DNA of 64,000 nt from Patescibacteria group bacterium (GCA_041648575.1 JBAZOT010000005.1:17161-81160), one strand, 5' to 3'; counted from the stretch's first letter, positions 1 through 10,243 are shown. Program-made: numbers and translations. Notes: generated by a model from the letters alone, not told the origin.

Positions 1-77
1 TTTTCATATTCAAGATCCGCTAAGACAAACTTTAAAACTAATGAACCGCCCGCTTGTTTGTTTGAACTAACTTCCAT
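1..77 (-). CDS. 5' fragment of a gene running off the window edge (MEVSSNKQAGGSLVLKFVLADLEYE...), possibly trigger factor
   Basis: ATG at 77-75, open to the edge; only 25 codons visible, weak resemblance to the trigger-factor N-terminus. Confidence 0.3.
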   Translation of the reverse strand, partial: MEVSSNKQAGGSLVLKFVLADLEYE

Positions 78-95
78 GCAACTATCAGAAAATAA

Positions 96-149
96 TTAAA
101 GTAAAAATGCAACTAACAATAAAGCCACCACATTCAAAACTTTAATCAC
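96..149 (-). repeat. Second, synonymously recoded copy of the last 17 codons plus stop of hppA
   Basis: Reads [17 protein letters not shown] versus [17 protein letters not shown] at 209-262. Confidence 0.9.
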
Positions 150-208
150 CCCGAACAATCCGCCATTGAACGGATATACGGGGCAAGACGATGCGTTGAT
201 AAACTTCA

Positions 209-2254
209 TTAAAGTAAAAAGGCTACTAGCAGTAAAGCGACTACATTCAAAACTTTAATCATTGGGTTCATGGCTGGGCCAGCTGTATCTTTGTAAGGAT
301 CACCCACGGTATCACCAGTAACCGCCGCCTGATGGGCAAATGACCCTTTGCCACCAAAATTTCCGGCTTCAATATATTTTTTAGCATTGTCCCAAGCAGC
401 ACCACCCGAAGTCATAGACAGCGCTAAAAACATTCCAGTAATAATACTGCCCACTAAAACTCCACCTAACATTACTCTGGCTACTGCTACATCTTGGAAA
501 ATAAAAATGCCAATCAAACTAATCACAATCGGCGCCAATACTGGAATCAACGCTGGAACAATCATTTGTTTTAAAGCGCCACGAGTTACAATATCTACTG
601 CCTGCCCATAATCCGGCTTGGCTGTACCGTCCATGATTCCTTTAATCTCATGAAATTGACGCCTGACTTCTTTAACCACACTAGCAGCTGCTTTACCTAC
701 TGCTTCCATAGCTAACGCCCCAAACCAATAAGGCAGCAAGCCACCAATAAATAAGCCAACTAATAAATATGGGTTGCTAAGCTCAAATTGCACCTGAATA
801 CCGTGACTGGCAAACTCTTGTACATAAGCAGCAAATAATACTAAAGCCGCCAAACCCGCTGAACCAATGGCGTATCCTTTAGTAATAGCCTTGGTAGTAT
901 TACCAACAGCGTCCAATGGATCAGTAATTTTTCTAACTGATTCATCAAGCTCTGCCATTTCCGCAATACCGCCGGCATTATCAGTAATTGGTCCATAAGC
1001 ATCAATGGCCACAATAATACCGGTTAACGACAGCATGCTCATGGCAGCAATAGCTACTCCATAAAGCTCAGCTAAACTGTAAGCGCTCAAAATTCCCGCT
1101 GCAATCACCACCACTGGCAAAGCTGTTGATTTCATAGACACTGCTAAACCTCTAATAATATTAGTTCCGTGACCGGTTTCTGAAGCTTGGGCAATTGATT
1201 TAACTGGCGCATATTTTGTTGAAGTGTAATATTCAGTAATCATTACTAATAAGAAGGTAACCACTAAACCAACCATGGCGCTTAAAAAAATATTCATTGT
1301 AGAATAAAGTCCATTACTTACCATAAATTTTTGAGAAACAAAATAAAAACCAATAGCTGCTAAAACACCGCTAACTATTAATCCTTTATATAACGCCCCC
1401 ATAATATTCTGTTTTCTTCCTAAACGAATTGCCCAACTACCAACAATAGATGCTAATACGGAAATACCGCCCAGCACCAGGGGGTAAAATATTGCCTGGT
1501 CAAAATTTTTAAATACCAATAACCCCAGCAGCATGGCAGCTACTGTGGTAATAGCATACGTTTCAAATAAATCTGCAGCCATGCCGGCACAATCACCAAC
1601 ATTATCACCAACATTATCAGCAATAACTGCCGGATTCCTGGGATCATCTTCGGGAATTCCTGCTTCTAATTTACCAACCAAATCAGCTCCCACGTCTGCA
1701 GCTTTGGTATAAATACCGCCACCCAGTCGCGCAAATACGGAAATTAAACTGCCACCAAAACCCAAACCAATCAAAGCTTGCATTGCTCCAGCCAAACTTT
1801 CACCCCAAACTTGAGTTAAAGCAAAAAAACCACTAACGCCTAATAGCCCTAACCCCACTACCAAAAACCCCGTCACTGCTCCGCCTCTAATTGCTACTTG
1901 CAAAGCTTGAGCTAAACCGCTTTTTGCTGCTTCAGCTGTTCTGACATTAGCTTTAACTGAAATATTCATACCAACAAAACCAGCCAAAGCTGAAAGTATG
2001 GCGCCCACCAGAAAAGCAAAAGCGGTCAACCAATTCAATAAAAATCCTAAAATCAAAAATAATATTATGGCAATTATACCAACGGTTCGATATTGACGAT
2101 TTAAATAAGCCCTAGCGCCCACCTGAATCGCCTTAGCAATCTCTTGCATACGTTCTGAACCAGCGGGTAATTTTAAAATCCAACGCGCTAAAAATAAACC
2201 ATAAATAATAACTACTACTGAAGAGATGATGGCAAAAATAACTGCGTTATTCAT
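209..2254 (-). CDS. hppA: Membrane-bound ion-translocating pyrophosphatase, likely K+-independent H+-PPase
   Basis: Motifs [31 protein letters not shown]; GNTTKA carries the Lys diagnostic of K+-independent enzymes. Confidence 0.97.
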   Translation of the reverse strand: MNNAVIFAIISSVVVIIYGLFLARWILKLPAGSERMQEIAKAIQVGARAYLNRQYRTVGIIAIILFLILGFLLNWLTAFAFLVGAILSALAGFVGMNISVKANVRTAEAAKSGLAQALQVAIRGGAVTGFLVVGLGLLGVSGFFALTQVWGESLAGAMQALIGLGFGGSLISVFARLGGGIYTKAADVGADLVGKLEAGIPEDDPRNPAVIADNVGDNVGDCAGMAADLFETYAITTVAAMLLGLLVFKNFDQAIFYPLVLGGISVLASIVGSWAIRLGRKQNIMGALYKGLIVSGVLAAIGFYFVSQKFMVSNGLYSTMNIFLSAMVGLVVTFLLVMITEYYTSTKYAPVKSIAQASETGHGTNIIRGLAVSMKSTALPVVVIAAGILSAYSLAELYGVAIAAMSMLSLTGIIVAIDAYGPITDNAGGIAEMAELDESVRKITDPLDAVGNTTKAITKGYAIGSAGLAALVLFAAYVQEFASHGIQVQFELSNPYLLVGLFIGGLLPYWFGALAMEAVGKAAASVVKEVRRQFHEIKGIMDGTAKPDYGQAVDIVTRGALKQMIVPALIPVLAPIVISLIGIFIFQDVAVARVMLGGVLVGSIITGMFLALSMTSGGAAWDNAKKYIEAGNFGGKGSFAHQAAVTGDTVGDPYKDTAGPAMNPMIKVLNVVALLLVAFLL

Positions 2255-2289
2255 ATGATTAATGTTAATTATTATTTGTAAAAAAATTA

Positions 2290-3525
2290 TTATTTCTTAG
2301 CTGTTTCTTCAGTTGGTACTTCTTGTTTTACCTCTTCAACAGCCACCGCTGTATCAACAGTTTCTTCTGCCTTAGCTGGCTGTTCTACTTGATCAATTTC
2401 TGATGTAGCCACTTCCGCAACTGTGGCCTCGGGTTGCTCATCAGTTTCTTCGATAATATTTATTTCCTGTCCGCCGCTGCCGATAATATCTATTTTCCAG
2501 CCAGTTAATTTTACGGCCAATCTAACGTTTTGGCCGCCACGACCAATGGCCAAACTTAATTGATCATCAGTTACTTCTACTTTAGCTGAATGTTCTTCTT
2601 CATTAAGTGTTACATTTTGAACTTTAGCTGGTGACAACGCCGCAGTAATAAACTTAGCCATATCCGCGTTCCAAGCAATAATATCTATTTTTTCTCCACC
2701 CAATTCATTAATCACTGTTTGTACGCGCGTACCTCGCTGCCCCACACATGAGCCAATCGGATCAATGTTTTCATCTTTGGCCGCCACGGCAATTTTGGTG
2801 CGGCTGCCAGCTTCCCGAGCAATAGCCTTAATTTCTACAGCACCAGAAGCTATTTCTGGTACTTCCAAGATAAACAATTGCCTGACAATTTCCGGATGTG
2901 CCCGTGACACCAATACTTCGGGCCCCTTGGCTGCTGCGTTAACTGAAACTAAATAAACCCGCAACCTTTGGCCAGTGGAATAATGTTCGCGCGAAACTTG
3001 TTCTGAATACGGCATCACGGCTACAGTGTGGCCCAAATTTATAAAAACAGTTCGCCCCTCTATACGCTGTACCGTGGCAGGTATCACTTGTCCTTCTTTA
3101 GATTTATATTCAGAAAATACCACATCACGTTCGGCTTCGCGCAATCGCTGAATAATAACTTGTTTAGCAGTTTGTGCTGCCATTCGGCCATATTCAGCCG
3201 GCACATTCAATTCAGTTTTGATTTCATCGCCTACTTTGGCATCGGCTTTTACTTTTACTGCCTCGGCTAATAAAATTTCCTTTTTTTCATTAATCGTCTC
3301 TTCGCCTTCAGCTGGCCCCTCGACCACAGTTTTTACATCAAACACTCGCGAACTGGCAGTCGTTGGGTCAAAATTAACTTTAATATTCTCATTTTTTTGT
3401 CCAAAATCCTTGCGGTAAGCTGCAGCTAAGGCCTGCTCAATAGTTTCAATAACTGCCTCAAAAGGAATATTTTTTTCCTCGCAAATTTGCTCAATGGCTT
3501 GCTGAATTGGTGATGCTTGTTTCAT
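2290..3525 (-). CDS. nusA: Transcription termination/antitermination factor NusA
   Basis: [22 protein letters not shown]1 and KH domains, [13 protein letters not shown]; acidic tail. Confidence 0.98.
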   Translation of the reverse strand: MKQASPIQQAIEQICEEKNIPFEAVIETIEQALAAAYRKDFGQKNENIKVNFDPTTASSRVFDVKTVVEGPAEGEETINEKKEILLAEAVKVKADAKVGDEIKTELNVPAEYGRMAAQTAKQVIIQRLREAERDVVFSEYKSKEGQVIPATVQRIEGRTVFINLGHTVAVMPYSEQVSREHYSTGQRLRVYLVSVNAAAKGPEVLVSRAHPEIVRQLFILEVPEIASGAVEIKAIAREAGSRTKIAVAAKDENIDPIGSCVGQRGTRVQTVINELGGEKIDIIAWNADMAKFITAALSPAKVQNVTLNEEEHSAKVEVTDDQLSLAIGRGGQNVRLAVKLTGWKIDIIGSGGQEINIIEETDEQPEATVAEVATSEIDQVEQPAKAEETVDTAVAVEEVKQEVPTEETAKK

Positions 3526-3620
3526 AAGTATTTATGTTTAAGCTAAAAAAATAACTAGTAAAATTAACTACTAGTCTAGTATAGAGTATGAAGCTAATAA
3601 TAAAAGTTGTCAAGAGTAAT

Positions 3621-3662
3621 AAAAAAGGTAAGTGTATTATATATTAAATACAACTTACCTTT
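3621..3662 (-). terminator. Intrinsic terminator of the radical SAM gene
   Basis: AAAGGTAAGT...ACTTACCTTT stem followed by a T-run on the minus strand. Confidence 0.6.
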
Positions 3663-3678
3663 GTAAACGTTTGGTTAA

Positions 3679-5175
3679 TTATTTTTGTATTGAAGCGGCA
3701 ATTTTGGAAAAATGGAACCAGTAAATTGCCATAGTCATGGCTCGTGGAAACGACTTAAAATTAGTTACCAAGGTTTTTACTGTAAGTTTCCAATAATACC
3801 ATCGGGCTTCAGACAGCAAACCAATATGCCACATACTTAACACCATCGGCCGTAAATCGCGCCAGGAAAAATGTCCTTTGGTTTTAGACGGGCAATGCTT
3901 TAAAAATGTATCCACTCGTCCAAAATATTCTTTAGTAGAAGAATAAATAACCGCCAACACCCGCCGATAACCAGCAAGTAATTCTTCCCGGTCCATTTTA
4001 GGAATAAAGTTTAAACTGCCATTTACATTATCCACAGTAGTTTCGCTCACTATTCTTTTTTCAGCTTCAAGCCTTTTCCATAACTTGGTTCCTGGACAAG
4101 CAACTAATAATCCCACCATCGCCTGAATAATGCCGGTTTTTTGAATGTAAGTTATTAGTTTGTCAAAGATATTTGGCGGATCGCCATCCAGACCAACCAT
4201 AAATCCTCCCATTACCTCCAAGCCCTTACTCATAATCTTTTTAACCGCATCTTCTAAATCAAATTTAAGATTAACAACCTTGCCAATGCTAATTAGCGCA
4301 GCTGTATCAGGACTTTCAATACCAATAAACACTCCTGAAAAATTAGCTTTAACCATTAAATCCATTAGCTCATCATCAGCCGCTAGATTAATGCTAGCTT
4401 GAGTAGTAAATATAAATGGATAATTATGTTCTTGCTGCCAAATAATCAAATACCGCAACATTTCCTTGAAGCGTAGTTTATTACCAATTGGATTATCGTC
4501 AGCTAAAAATATTGTGCCTTCGTATCCAGCTTGATATAGTGATTCAACTTCGTTAATCATCTGTTGTGGTGTCTTAGACCGAAATTTTGTGCCAAATAAA
4601 ATATGAATGTCACAAAACTCGCAACTATCACCATTTATATCACCCAAAGGGCAACCACGAGAAAACTGAAGACTCATGGTGGCATAATCATTAATATTTA
4701 TTAATGACCACATTGGTACTGGCGTTGTGGTAACATCAGCCCACTTATCTGTTGTATAGATATGCTTAGCGGCCCCATTATTTAAATCTTCTAAAAATAA
4801 CGGCAGTGTGATCTCGGCTTCATTAAGCACAAAATGATCTACGCCTTTGTATTTCTCTGGTTCAGTAGTAAAAGCTGGACCGCCAGCTACTACTATTTTG
4901 TCGAGTTCCTTACAACGATTAATGATTTCTTGTGCGCTAGTTTTTTGTATAACCATAGCACTAATAAAAATCATATCTGCGCTCGTGATGTCCTGATCAA
5001 GTAACGGCTCAACATTAACATCTACTAATTTTTTCTCCCAATCACTTGGCAACATCGCCGCTACTGTTAATAAACCCAGTGGCGGAAAAGCTGCTTTTCT
5101 TCCTATGAATTTTAAGATATGCTTAAAACTCCAGAAAGTTATAGGATATTCTGGGTAAACTAACAATATTTTCAT
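3679..5175 (-). CDS. B12-binding-domain radical SAM protein (DUF4070-type C-terminus)
   Basis: N-terminal PPLGLLTVAAML and GGP cobalamin-binding motifs; SRGC..CEFC cluster motif; FIGIES; FMVGLDGD. Confidence 0.9.
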   Translation of the reverse strand: MKILLVYPEYPITFWSFKHILKFIGRKAAFPPLGLLTVAAMLPSDWEKKLVDVNVEPLLDQDITSADMIFISAMVIQKTSAQEIINRCKELDKIVVAGGPAFTTEPEKYKGVDHFVLNEAEITLPLFLEDLNNGAAKHIYTTDKWADVTTTPVPMWSLININDYATMSLQFSRGCPLGDINGDSCEFCDIHILFGTKFRSKTPQQMINEVESLYQAGYEGTIFLADDNPIGNKLRFKEMLRYLIIWQQEHNYPFIFTTQASINLAADDELMDLMVKANFSGVFIGIESPDTAALISIGKVVNLKFDLEDAVKKIMSKGLEVMGGFMVGLDGDPPNIFDKLITYIQKTGIIQAMVGLLVACPGTKLWKRLEAEKRIVSETTVDNVNGSLNFIPKMDREELLAGYRRVLAVIYSSTKEYFGRVDTFLKHCPSKTKGHFSWRDLRPMVLSMWHIGLLSEARWYYWKLTVKTLVTNFKSFPRAMTMAIYWFHFSKIAASIQK

Positions 5176-5323
5176 ACCATACCTCTTTTTTTATTATATT
5201 TTTAAAGAAATTTTTTTATTTTTCATTTATTTACATTTACTACTATTATAACTTAATGTCCAGCTATAAAAGTATACTCTGTTGCCCAGCGTTAGAGTTT
5301 ATATTTTTTATGGACATCCTTTC

Positions 5324-5370
5324 ATACTCGTCCCGCACGTCGTAATCCCAATTTTTTATCGAGACGGAGG
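5324..5370 (-). repeat. Dispersed REP-like element, copy 1 (partner at 39143-39190)
   Basis: ATTGGGATTACGACGTGCGGGACGAGTAT versus ATTGGGACTACGGCGGGCAGGACGAGGAT (24/29 identical). Confidence 0.65.
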
Positions 5371-5380
5371 CGTGTCAAAA

Positions 5381-5743
5381 TCAAATAATATTACGAAAAT
5401 GTTTAATTTGATATTTACCACTTGCCTCAAAATAAATCGCTACCACGTCAAAACGATGATTATTGCTAAGCTGCGGATGAATTAATAAATAACTTTCTGC
5501 AGCTTGCCTGATTTTTTCTTGCTTAAGCTTAGTAACTGCCTCTTCGGGATAACCTTGCCCAAGCCCGCTTCTGGTTTTAACTTCAATAAAAACAACTTCG
5601 TCCTGGTCGCGACCAATTAAATCAATTTCCGCATATCGGCTAAAATGATAATTTTTATCAATAATAACCAAACCGTGCTGTTCTAAATAAACAGCGGCCA
5701 AAGCCTCTCCTTTCTGTCCTAATTGCTGCCGTAAATGTGGCAT
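5381..5743 (-). CDS. yraN: YraN family (UPF0102) PD-(D/E)xK nuclease
   Basis: GQKGEALA, EIDLI, VFIEVKTR, RFDVVAI. Confidence 0.95.
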   Translation of the reverse strand: MPHLRQQLGQKGEALAAVYLEQHGLVIIDKNYHFSRYAEIDLIGRDQDEVVFIEVKTRSGLGQGYPEEAVTKLKQEKIRQAAESYLLIHPQLSNNHRFDVVAIYFEASGKYQIKHFRNII

Positions 5744-5747
5744 AACT

Positions 5748-5877
5748 AATAAATCCTAAGCACTAATATCTAAATCTTAAATAAACCCAAATATCAAAAC
5801 CCGAATGACAATTCTTTTGGTATTTGAATTTTGTATTATGATATTATTTAGAAATTAGGATTTAGGATTTAGTATTT
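5748..5877. repeat. Inverted array of degenerate heptamer repeats
   Basis: Left arm (AAATCCT/AATATCT/AAATCTT)n, right arm (TTAGGAT/TTAGAAA/TTAGTAT)n; related runs at 6876-6915, 12021-12053, 14852-14885, 17326-17380. Confidence 0.65.
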
Positions 5878-6289
5878 AGTATTTTTTGGGTAGGTATTTT
5901 TCAAACTCCTGTCGCTCTTTTCCCTGAACAATTTCTTTGGGTAAACGCCACAAAGCATAACGCAAAATATATCCTAACCAAATAATAGCTACTAAAGTCC
6001 ACAACACAAACCACCAACGGGCTCCTAGCATGGGGGTTGAGGTTTGAGTAAATAATAAGCTAATACAATAAAATACGCCACTAGTAATAAATAAAGTGCC
6101 TAGCCGGCGGTACAATTTCTTTACTGGTGCAGTTTTAACTATCGCAGAAATAATTTTAAAAATAATTCCCACCACCACTAAACCAATAATCACACCCACG
6201 ATGATTTTAAAAGTATAATCCTGGAATTTAGGAGCATATGAAGAAAACAACCGCGACCAGGTAAAAAATGTTGTAAACCATTCCCACAT
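5876..6289 (-). CDS. Hypothetical membrane protein (3 TM)
   Basis: Three hydrophobic segments; C-terminal EKYLP. Confidence 0.75.
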   Translation of the reverse strand: MWEWFTTFFTWSRLFSSYAPKFQDYTFKIIVGVIIGLVVVGIIFKIISAIVKTAPVKKLYRRLGTLFITSGVFYCISLLFTQTSTPMLGARWWFVLWTLVAIIWLGYILRYALWRLPKEIVQGKERQEFEKYLPKKY

Positions 6290-6295
6290 AAACTA

Positions 6296-6850
6296 TTATT
6301 TTATAAAAACAAAACCATAATGATAAGGACCCGCATCAAAAAATTTTTCCTCTTTCAAATTCAATTTAACAACCAACTCGCGCACTTTTTCTGGTGACAC
6401 ACGATTGGCAACTGCTGGACCAAACGGCGTGGGTTCTACTTTCCAATCAACCACCAACAGCTTTCCTCCTTGCTTAAGCAACCGCCTAGCTTCATCTAGC
6501 AGGGCCGCATTATTTCTTGACTGGAACATAATATTTATCAACAGGGCGCTATCTAAAGTATCGGGCGTGATTTTAGTTACGCCTACTCGCTCTAAATCTG
6601 ACCACACAGTTTCAATGTTTAAAATATTTTCCAATTTCGCTTTGCTTTTAACGCCTTCTAAAGCTGCTTTTAAAATATCCACAGCATAAACCTTGCCTCT
6701 ACTACCAACAATTTTAGCTGCCGGAATAGTAAAATAACCAGCACCGCCGCAACCCAAATCACCCACAAAATTACCAAATTTAACCTCTAGTTGTTTTTCT
6801 AATAACTCCTGGGGGTTTAAAAGTTTTGCTGGTACCAACTTACTTAACAT
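6296..6850 (-). CDS. Class I SAM-dependent methyltransferase
   Basis: DLGCGGAG motif I, VYAVD, LLKQGGKLLVVDW; start set to the ATG at 6850. Confidence 0.9.
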   Translation of the reverse strand: MLSKLVPAKLLNPQELLEKQLEVKFGNFVGDLGCGGAGYFTIPAAKIVGSRGKVYAVDILKAALEGVKSKAKLENILNIETVWSDLERVGVTKITPDTLDSALLINIMFQSRNNAALLDEARRLLKQGGKLLVVDWKVEPTPFGPAVANRVSPEKVRELVVKLNLKEEKFFDAGPYHYGFVFIK

Positions 6851-6988
6851 ATTTATATTATAGCACCAAATCATTAAAAATTAGAAGCTAGAATTTGGAA
6901 GTTGGAATTTAGAATCTAAAACCTGCCACTATCGCTATAATAAATAAAAGATTATGAGGTAGCTAAACACTATCTTTTTAAAAAATTG

Positions 6989-7168
6989 TCTTTCACCACT
7001 TTTTTAGAAAAAGTGGTGGGAAAAAGCGCCACACAGAAGCTTCAGGCAAGGCGGGTAGCAAATTCGTTTGCCCGTTCGTGGCGTTTTTAACTTGCGTGCC
7101 GGGTGTGGGGTGGTTAGGGGTAGAGGGCTCGGAGTTGCGAAGCCCGCTCTCTACCCCTAACAGAAAAG
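6989..7168. repeat. Composite palindromic intergenic element: 44-bp unit A (6989-7032) plus hairpin unit B (7113-7161)
   Basis: Unit A is the exact reverse complement of 17515-17558; unit B is homologous to 16636-16684. Confidence 0.85.
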
Positions 7169-7169
7169 A

Positions 7170-7799
7170 TTAAACTAATTTAAAACTCTTTCTATGAATT
7201 GCGCACAGTCCATGTTTTTTTATGGCTCGGCGATGAGCTAAGGTTCCATAACCTTTGTGTTGATGAAATCCGTAGCTTGGATATTTTTTATGATAATTTC
7301 TCATTAACTTGTCTCGCCAAACTTTGGCTAAAATTGAAGCACAGGCAATAGAAAAAACTTTTTGATCACCCTTAACCAAACAAGCAAATGGTAATTTAGA
7401 TTTGAATCCAGCAATATAATCTACTAATAAATAATTCGGTTTTATTTTAAGTTTAGCCACTGCCTGATTTACTACTTTAATATTCATGGCTTGAATACCG
7501 TATTTATCAATTTTTTTATTATCAATCTGGGCTACATCCCAAACTCGCACTGCTTTAGTAATTTTTTTATAAAGTTTTTCACGTAATGTCGGTGACAATT
7601 TTTTTGAATCCTTAACTTGTTTAATCCAAACTGCTTTGGGTTTTAAAATACTCGGAGAAAAAATAACTGCTGCTGCCACAATCGGCCCAGCCAAAGCACC
7701 CCTTCCTGCCTCATCTGCTCCTGCCACCAAATTAAAACCCCGCCGCCATAGCTTTTTTTCATATTTTAATGATATAACCATAGCTTTATTCTTAACCAT
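7170..7799 (-). CDS. rnhB: Ribonuclease HII
   Basis: AGADEAGRGALAGP, DSKKL, KGD..IACASILAKV.RD, HKGYGT; start may be 7799 or 7781. Confidence 0.97.
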   Translation of the reverse strand: MVKNKAMVISLKYEKKLWRRGFNLVAGADEAGRGALAGPIVAAAVIFSPSILKPKAVWIKQVKDSKKLSPTLREKLYKKITKAVRVWDVAQIDNKKIDKYGIQAMNIKVVNQAVAKLKIKPNYLLVDYIAGFKSKLPFACLVKGDQKVFSIACASILAKVWRDKLMRNYHKKYPSYGFHQHKGYGTLAHRRAIKKHGLCAIHRKSFKLV

Positions 7800-7906
7800 C
7801 AATCAAAATTTGCCAAGTTTTTTTAATATAATTTTTGACACACAACTAAACTTATAATAAACTAGTATAATTCACATTGAACATTAAAATAATTTTGGAG
7901 AAAAAA

Positions 7907-8836
7907 ATGTCATCACTTAATTTAACAATAATCAAAAGGATATTATATAAAACCCAATTACTAAAGGCACATAATCCGAATCATAAATTAATAAAATTAT
8001 TACTACTGATAGATTCCGGCGGGATGCGTGGCATTGTTAGTATGGGTAATTGCTTAGGACTTGAAAAACTTGAATTAACTGAGGTCTTTGACGATATAGT
8101 GACAATATCAGCTGGGACAGCTAACGGTGGATTTTTCCTAGCTAAACAATCTGCCCTTGCTTGCACTGTTTATACTGATGATCTAGTCGATCGCAGATTT
8201 ATCAATCCTCTACGTTTTTGGAAGGTGACCGATATTGACTACGTAAATGATATAGTATTCAGACACGTAAAAAAACTAGACACCGAAGCTATTAGAAAAT
8301 CGCGGCCAAATTTCTTTGCTTGTGTAACCAGGGTTGATGATGGTAATGGTGAATTTATGGACGTAAAAAAACAAGTCGATATTATCTCAGTGATTAAGGC
8401 TTCAATGGCTATGCTAGTGTTATATAATAAACCAATAAAAATTGGTAATAATTACTATGTAGATGGACTCACTAGTATGGGACTCCCTATTGATGAAATC
8501 ATTGATCAATTCTCGCCTACTGACATCTTAGTATTACTTAACAGACCTCTAGGCTATTGTCGCCCGAAACTATCGGTTATAGAAAAATCCATCAGTAAGT
8601 TGTATTTGAGAAAATTCCCTCAAGCATTAAAAAACTCTTTCTTTGACATGAATCGTAAATATTCTCATCAAATAAATACACTCCGGGAATGTGGCAATAA
8701 CTACCGTGGCGTAAATATTGGGATAATTCATCCAGATTACGAAGCTATCAAAAGAACAACAAAAAATCGTGACTTGCTATTACAAGCAGCACAAAAAGCA
8801 GAACAAGACATTTATAATATTTTGGGCAAACGCTAA
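7907..8836 (+). CDS. Patatin-like phospholipase family protein
   Basis: SGGMRG oxyanion loop, ISAG nucleophile elbow, YVDG; GGAG before the ATG at 7907; terminator hairpin at about 8824-8849. Confidence 0.85.
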   Translation: MSSLNLTIIKRILYKTQLLKAHNPNHKLIKLLLLIDSGGMRGIVSMGNCLGLEKLELTEVFDDIVTISAGTANGGFFLAKQSALACTVYTDDLVDRRFINPLRFWKVTDIDYVNDIVFRHVKKLDTEAIRKSRPNFFACVTRVDDGNGEFMDVKKQVDIISVIKASMAMLVLYNKPIKIGNNYYVDGLTSMGLPIDEIIDQFSPTDILVLLNRPLGYCRPKLSVIEKSISKLYLRKFPQALKNSFFDMNRKYSHQINTLRECGNNYRGVNIGIIHPDYEAIKRTTKNRDLLLQAAQKAEQDIYNILGKR

Positions 8837-8920
8837 GTTTGCCTTTTTTATTTTAATAAGGCTATCTACACAAAACCCATCTACTATTGCTCTCATATTT
8901 TAAACTAGAAAATCCTTTAA

Positions 8921-8949
8921 TTGACATACCAATATTAGTGTATTAAGAT
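8921..8949 (+). promoter_or_regulatory. Sigma70-type promoter
   Basis: TTGACA-17 nt-TAAGAT. Confidence 0.7.
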
Positions 8950-8995
8950 ATGCTAATTAAAGCAAAAATATAAACAATAAAAAAGGAGATTAAAA

Positions 8996-9379
8996 ATGCC
9001 GTTTACTAAAGATAGTCTACATAGACAGGCGCTGGGTCTTGCGTCTGGCGGATTAATTCTTTATGATCCGGAACGAATAGGATTTCAGCTACAAATCAAT
9101 TCGTCTATTGATATCACTGACTTATGCCCTAAACTGCCAGAAAAGAAAAAAAGAGGAATTAAGTGTGTGAGACTTGATTATGCTAAAACCTTTAAAGGAG
9201 AACTATATGTTCTCATTACCAAATGTCGTGGTGAAACAGATCACGGAAAATATGTTTATTACAATCTGTCTGACTTAAAAAAACCAGACTCAATATTTAA
9301 ACAATGGGCCAAGGACTTCGGCCTAACGCCGAAAAAACTCCGTGATACTATTCGGCAGTACGCCGAACGAATTAAATAA
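8996..9379 (+). CDS. Hypothetical protein (ORFan)
   Basis: Own promoter, AAGGAG SD, downstream terminator AAATCCTGATA...TATCGGGATTTTT. Confidence 0.75.
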   Translation: MPFTKDSLHRQALGLASGGLILYDPERIGFQLQINSSIDITDLCPKLPEKKKRGIKCVRLDYAKTFKGELYVLITKCRGETDHGKYVYYNLSDLKKPDSIFKQWAKDFGLTPKKLRDTIRQYAERIK

Positions 9380-9502
9380 AACAATCTAGTTTCAACAGTT
9401 TAAATCCTGATACTTAAATATCGGGATTTTTTATTTATTTAAAAAATACCCCGCTTGCAAATCCACCAGCCAGAGTTTAAACACAAACTACAGCTTTACC
9501 TA

Positions 9503-9531
9503 TTGACTAATACATTATTTTAATATAAGAT
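9503..9531 (+). promoter_or_regulatory. Sigma70-type promoter
   Basis: TTGACT-17 nt-TAAGAT. Confidence 0.65.
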
Positions 9532-9583
9532 TAGGCAAAAGCAAAAATAATTAACTAATATAAAACAAAAAAAGGAGTTTACC

Positions 9584-10243
9584 ATGCCTACTACATATAT
9601 ATGGTTGGGTTTAATAATTTTGGCATTGCTATTGTGGATTTTATTTGCAACCCTCTTTTCTATACGTTTCAAACGCAAAAAAGGCAAAGACTATGATAGT
9701 GACGACGCTATGCTTGGTGGTGTTGCTGTGGCATTAATTGGCGTATTTATATTAAGAGGTATTATAGGATTAATCACCAGCCAGACCTTCCCCGCTCAAT
9801 CATTCCTAGTTACGTCCGAAGGTAAAATACTAGCTACATTTGAGGAAGAAAGCAGATTGTGGAATTGGGATAAACGCTTAGAGGGGATAATTTGTTTATC
9901 CTATGCACCGATTGAGCAAAATATTGTATTAAATCTCCATCCAGTCACAAAAAACCCTAAGGTACTCAATCTACAATATACAATACGTGTACTTGCTGGC
10001 GGAACACCCGAAGCTATAATGACACAACAATGCATCACTAAAAAATATGGTGGTTTACAAGAATTTATAGAATTTCACCTATATGAATTTAATCGCGAGC
10101 ACGGTGGTGAATGTGTTGCTTTTGATAATCCCCGTGACTATGAGCAACAAACAAAATTTCAATCTTTAATTAAGTCATTCTTAGAGCCACGTCTTGTTGA
10201 CACCGAAATAAAATTCCAAGATGCCTACTTTCTGCTAAACTAA
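9584..10243 (+). CDS. Hypothetical protein with 2 N-terminal TM helices
   Basis: AAGGAG SD, hydrophobic segments, downstream CCCCCG...CGGGGG terminator. Confidence 0.75.
   Translation: MPTTYIWLGLIILALLLWILFATLFSIRFKRKKGKDYDSDDAMLGGVAVALIGVFILRGIIGLITSQTFPAQSFLVTSEGKILATFEEESRLWNWDKRLEGIICLSYAPIEQNIVLNLHPVTKNPKVLNLQYTIRVLAGGTPEAIMTQQCITKKYGGLQEFIEFHLYEFNREHGGECVAFDNPRDYEQQTKFQSLIKSFLEPRLVDTEIKFQDAYFLLN

Noticed and set aside
96-262. DGR template/variable repeat pair
   Set aside because: The differences are not confined to adenines of one copy and are synonymous; no RT gene is present.
5282-5485. Short ORFs antisense to or nested in known genes (also 348, 2765, 11023, 43064, 57074 and others)
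   Set aside because: Shadow frames of well-supported genes with no recognisable motifs.
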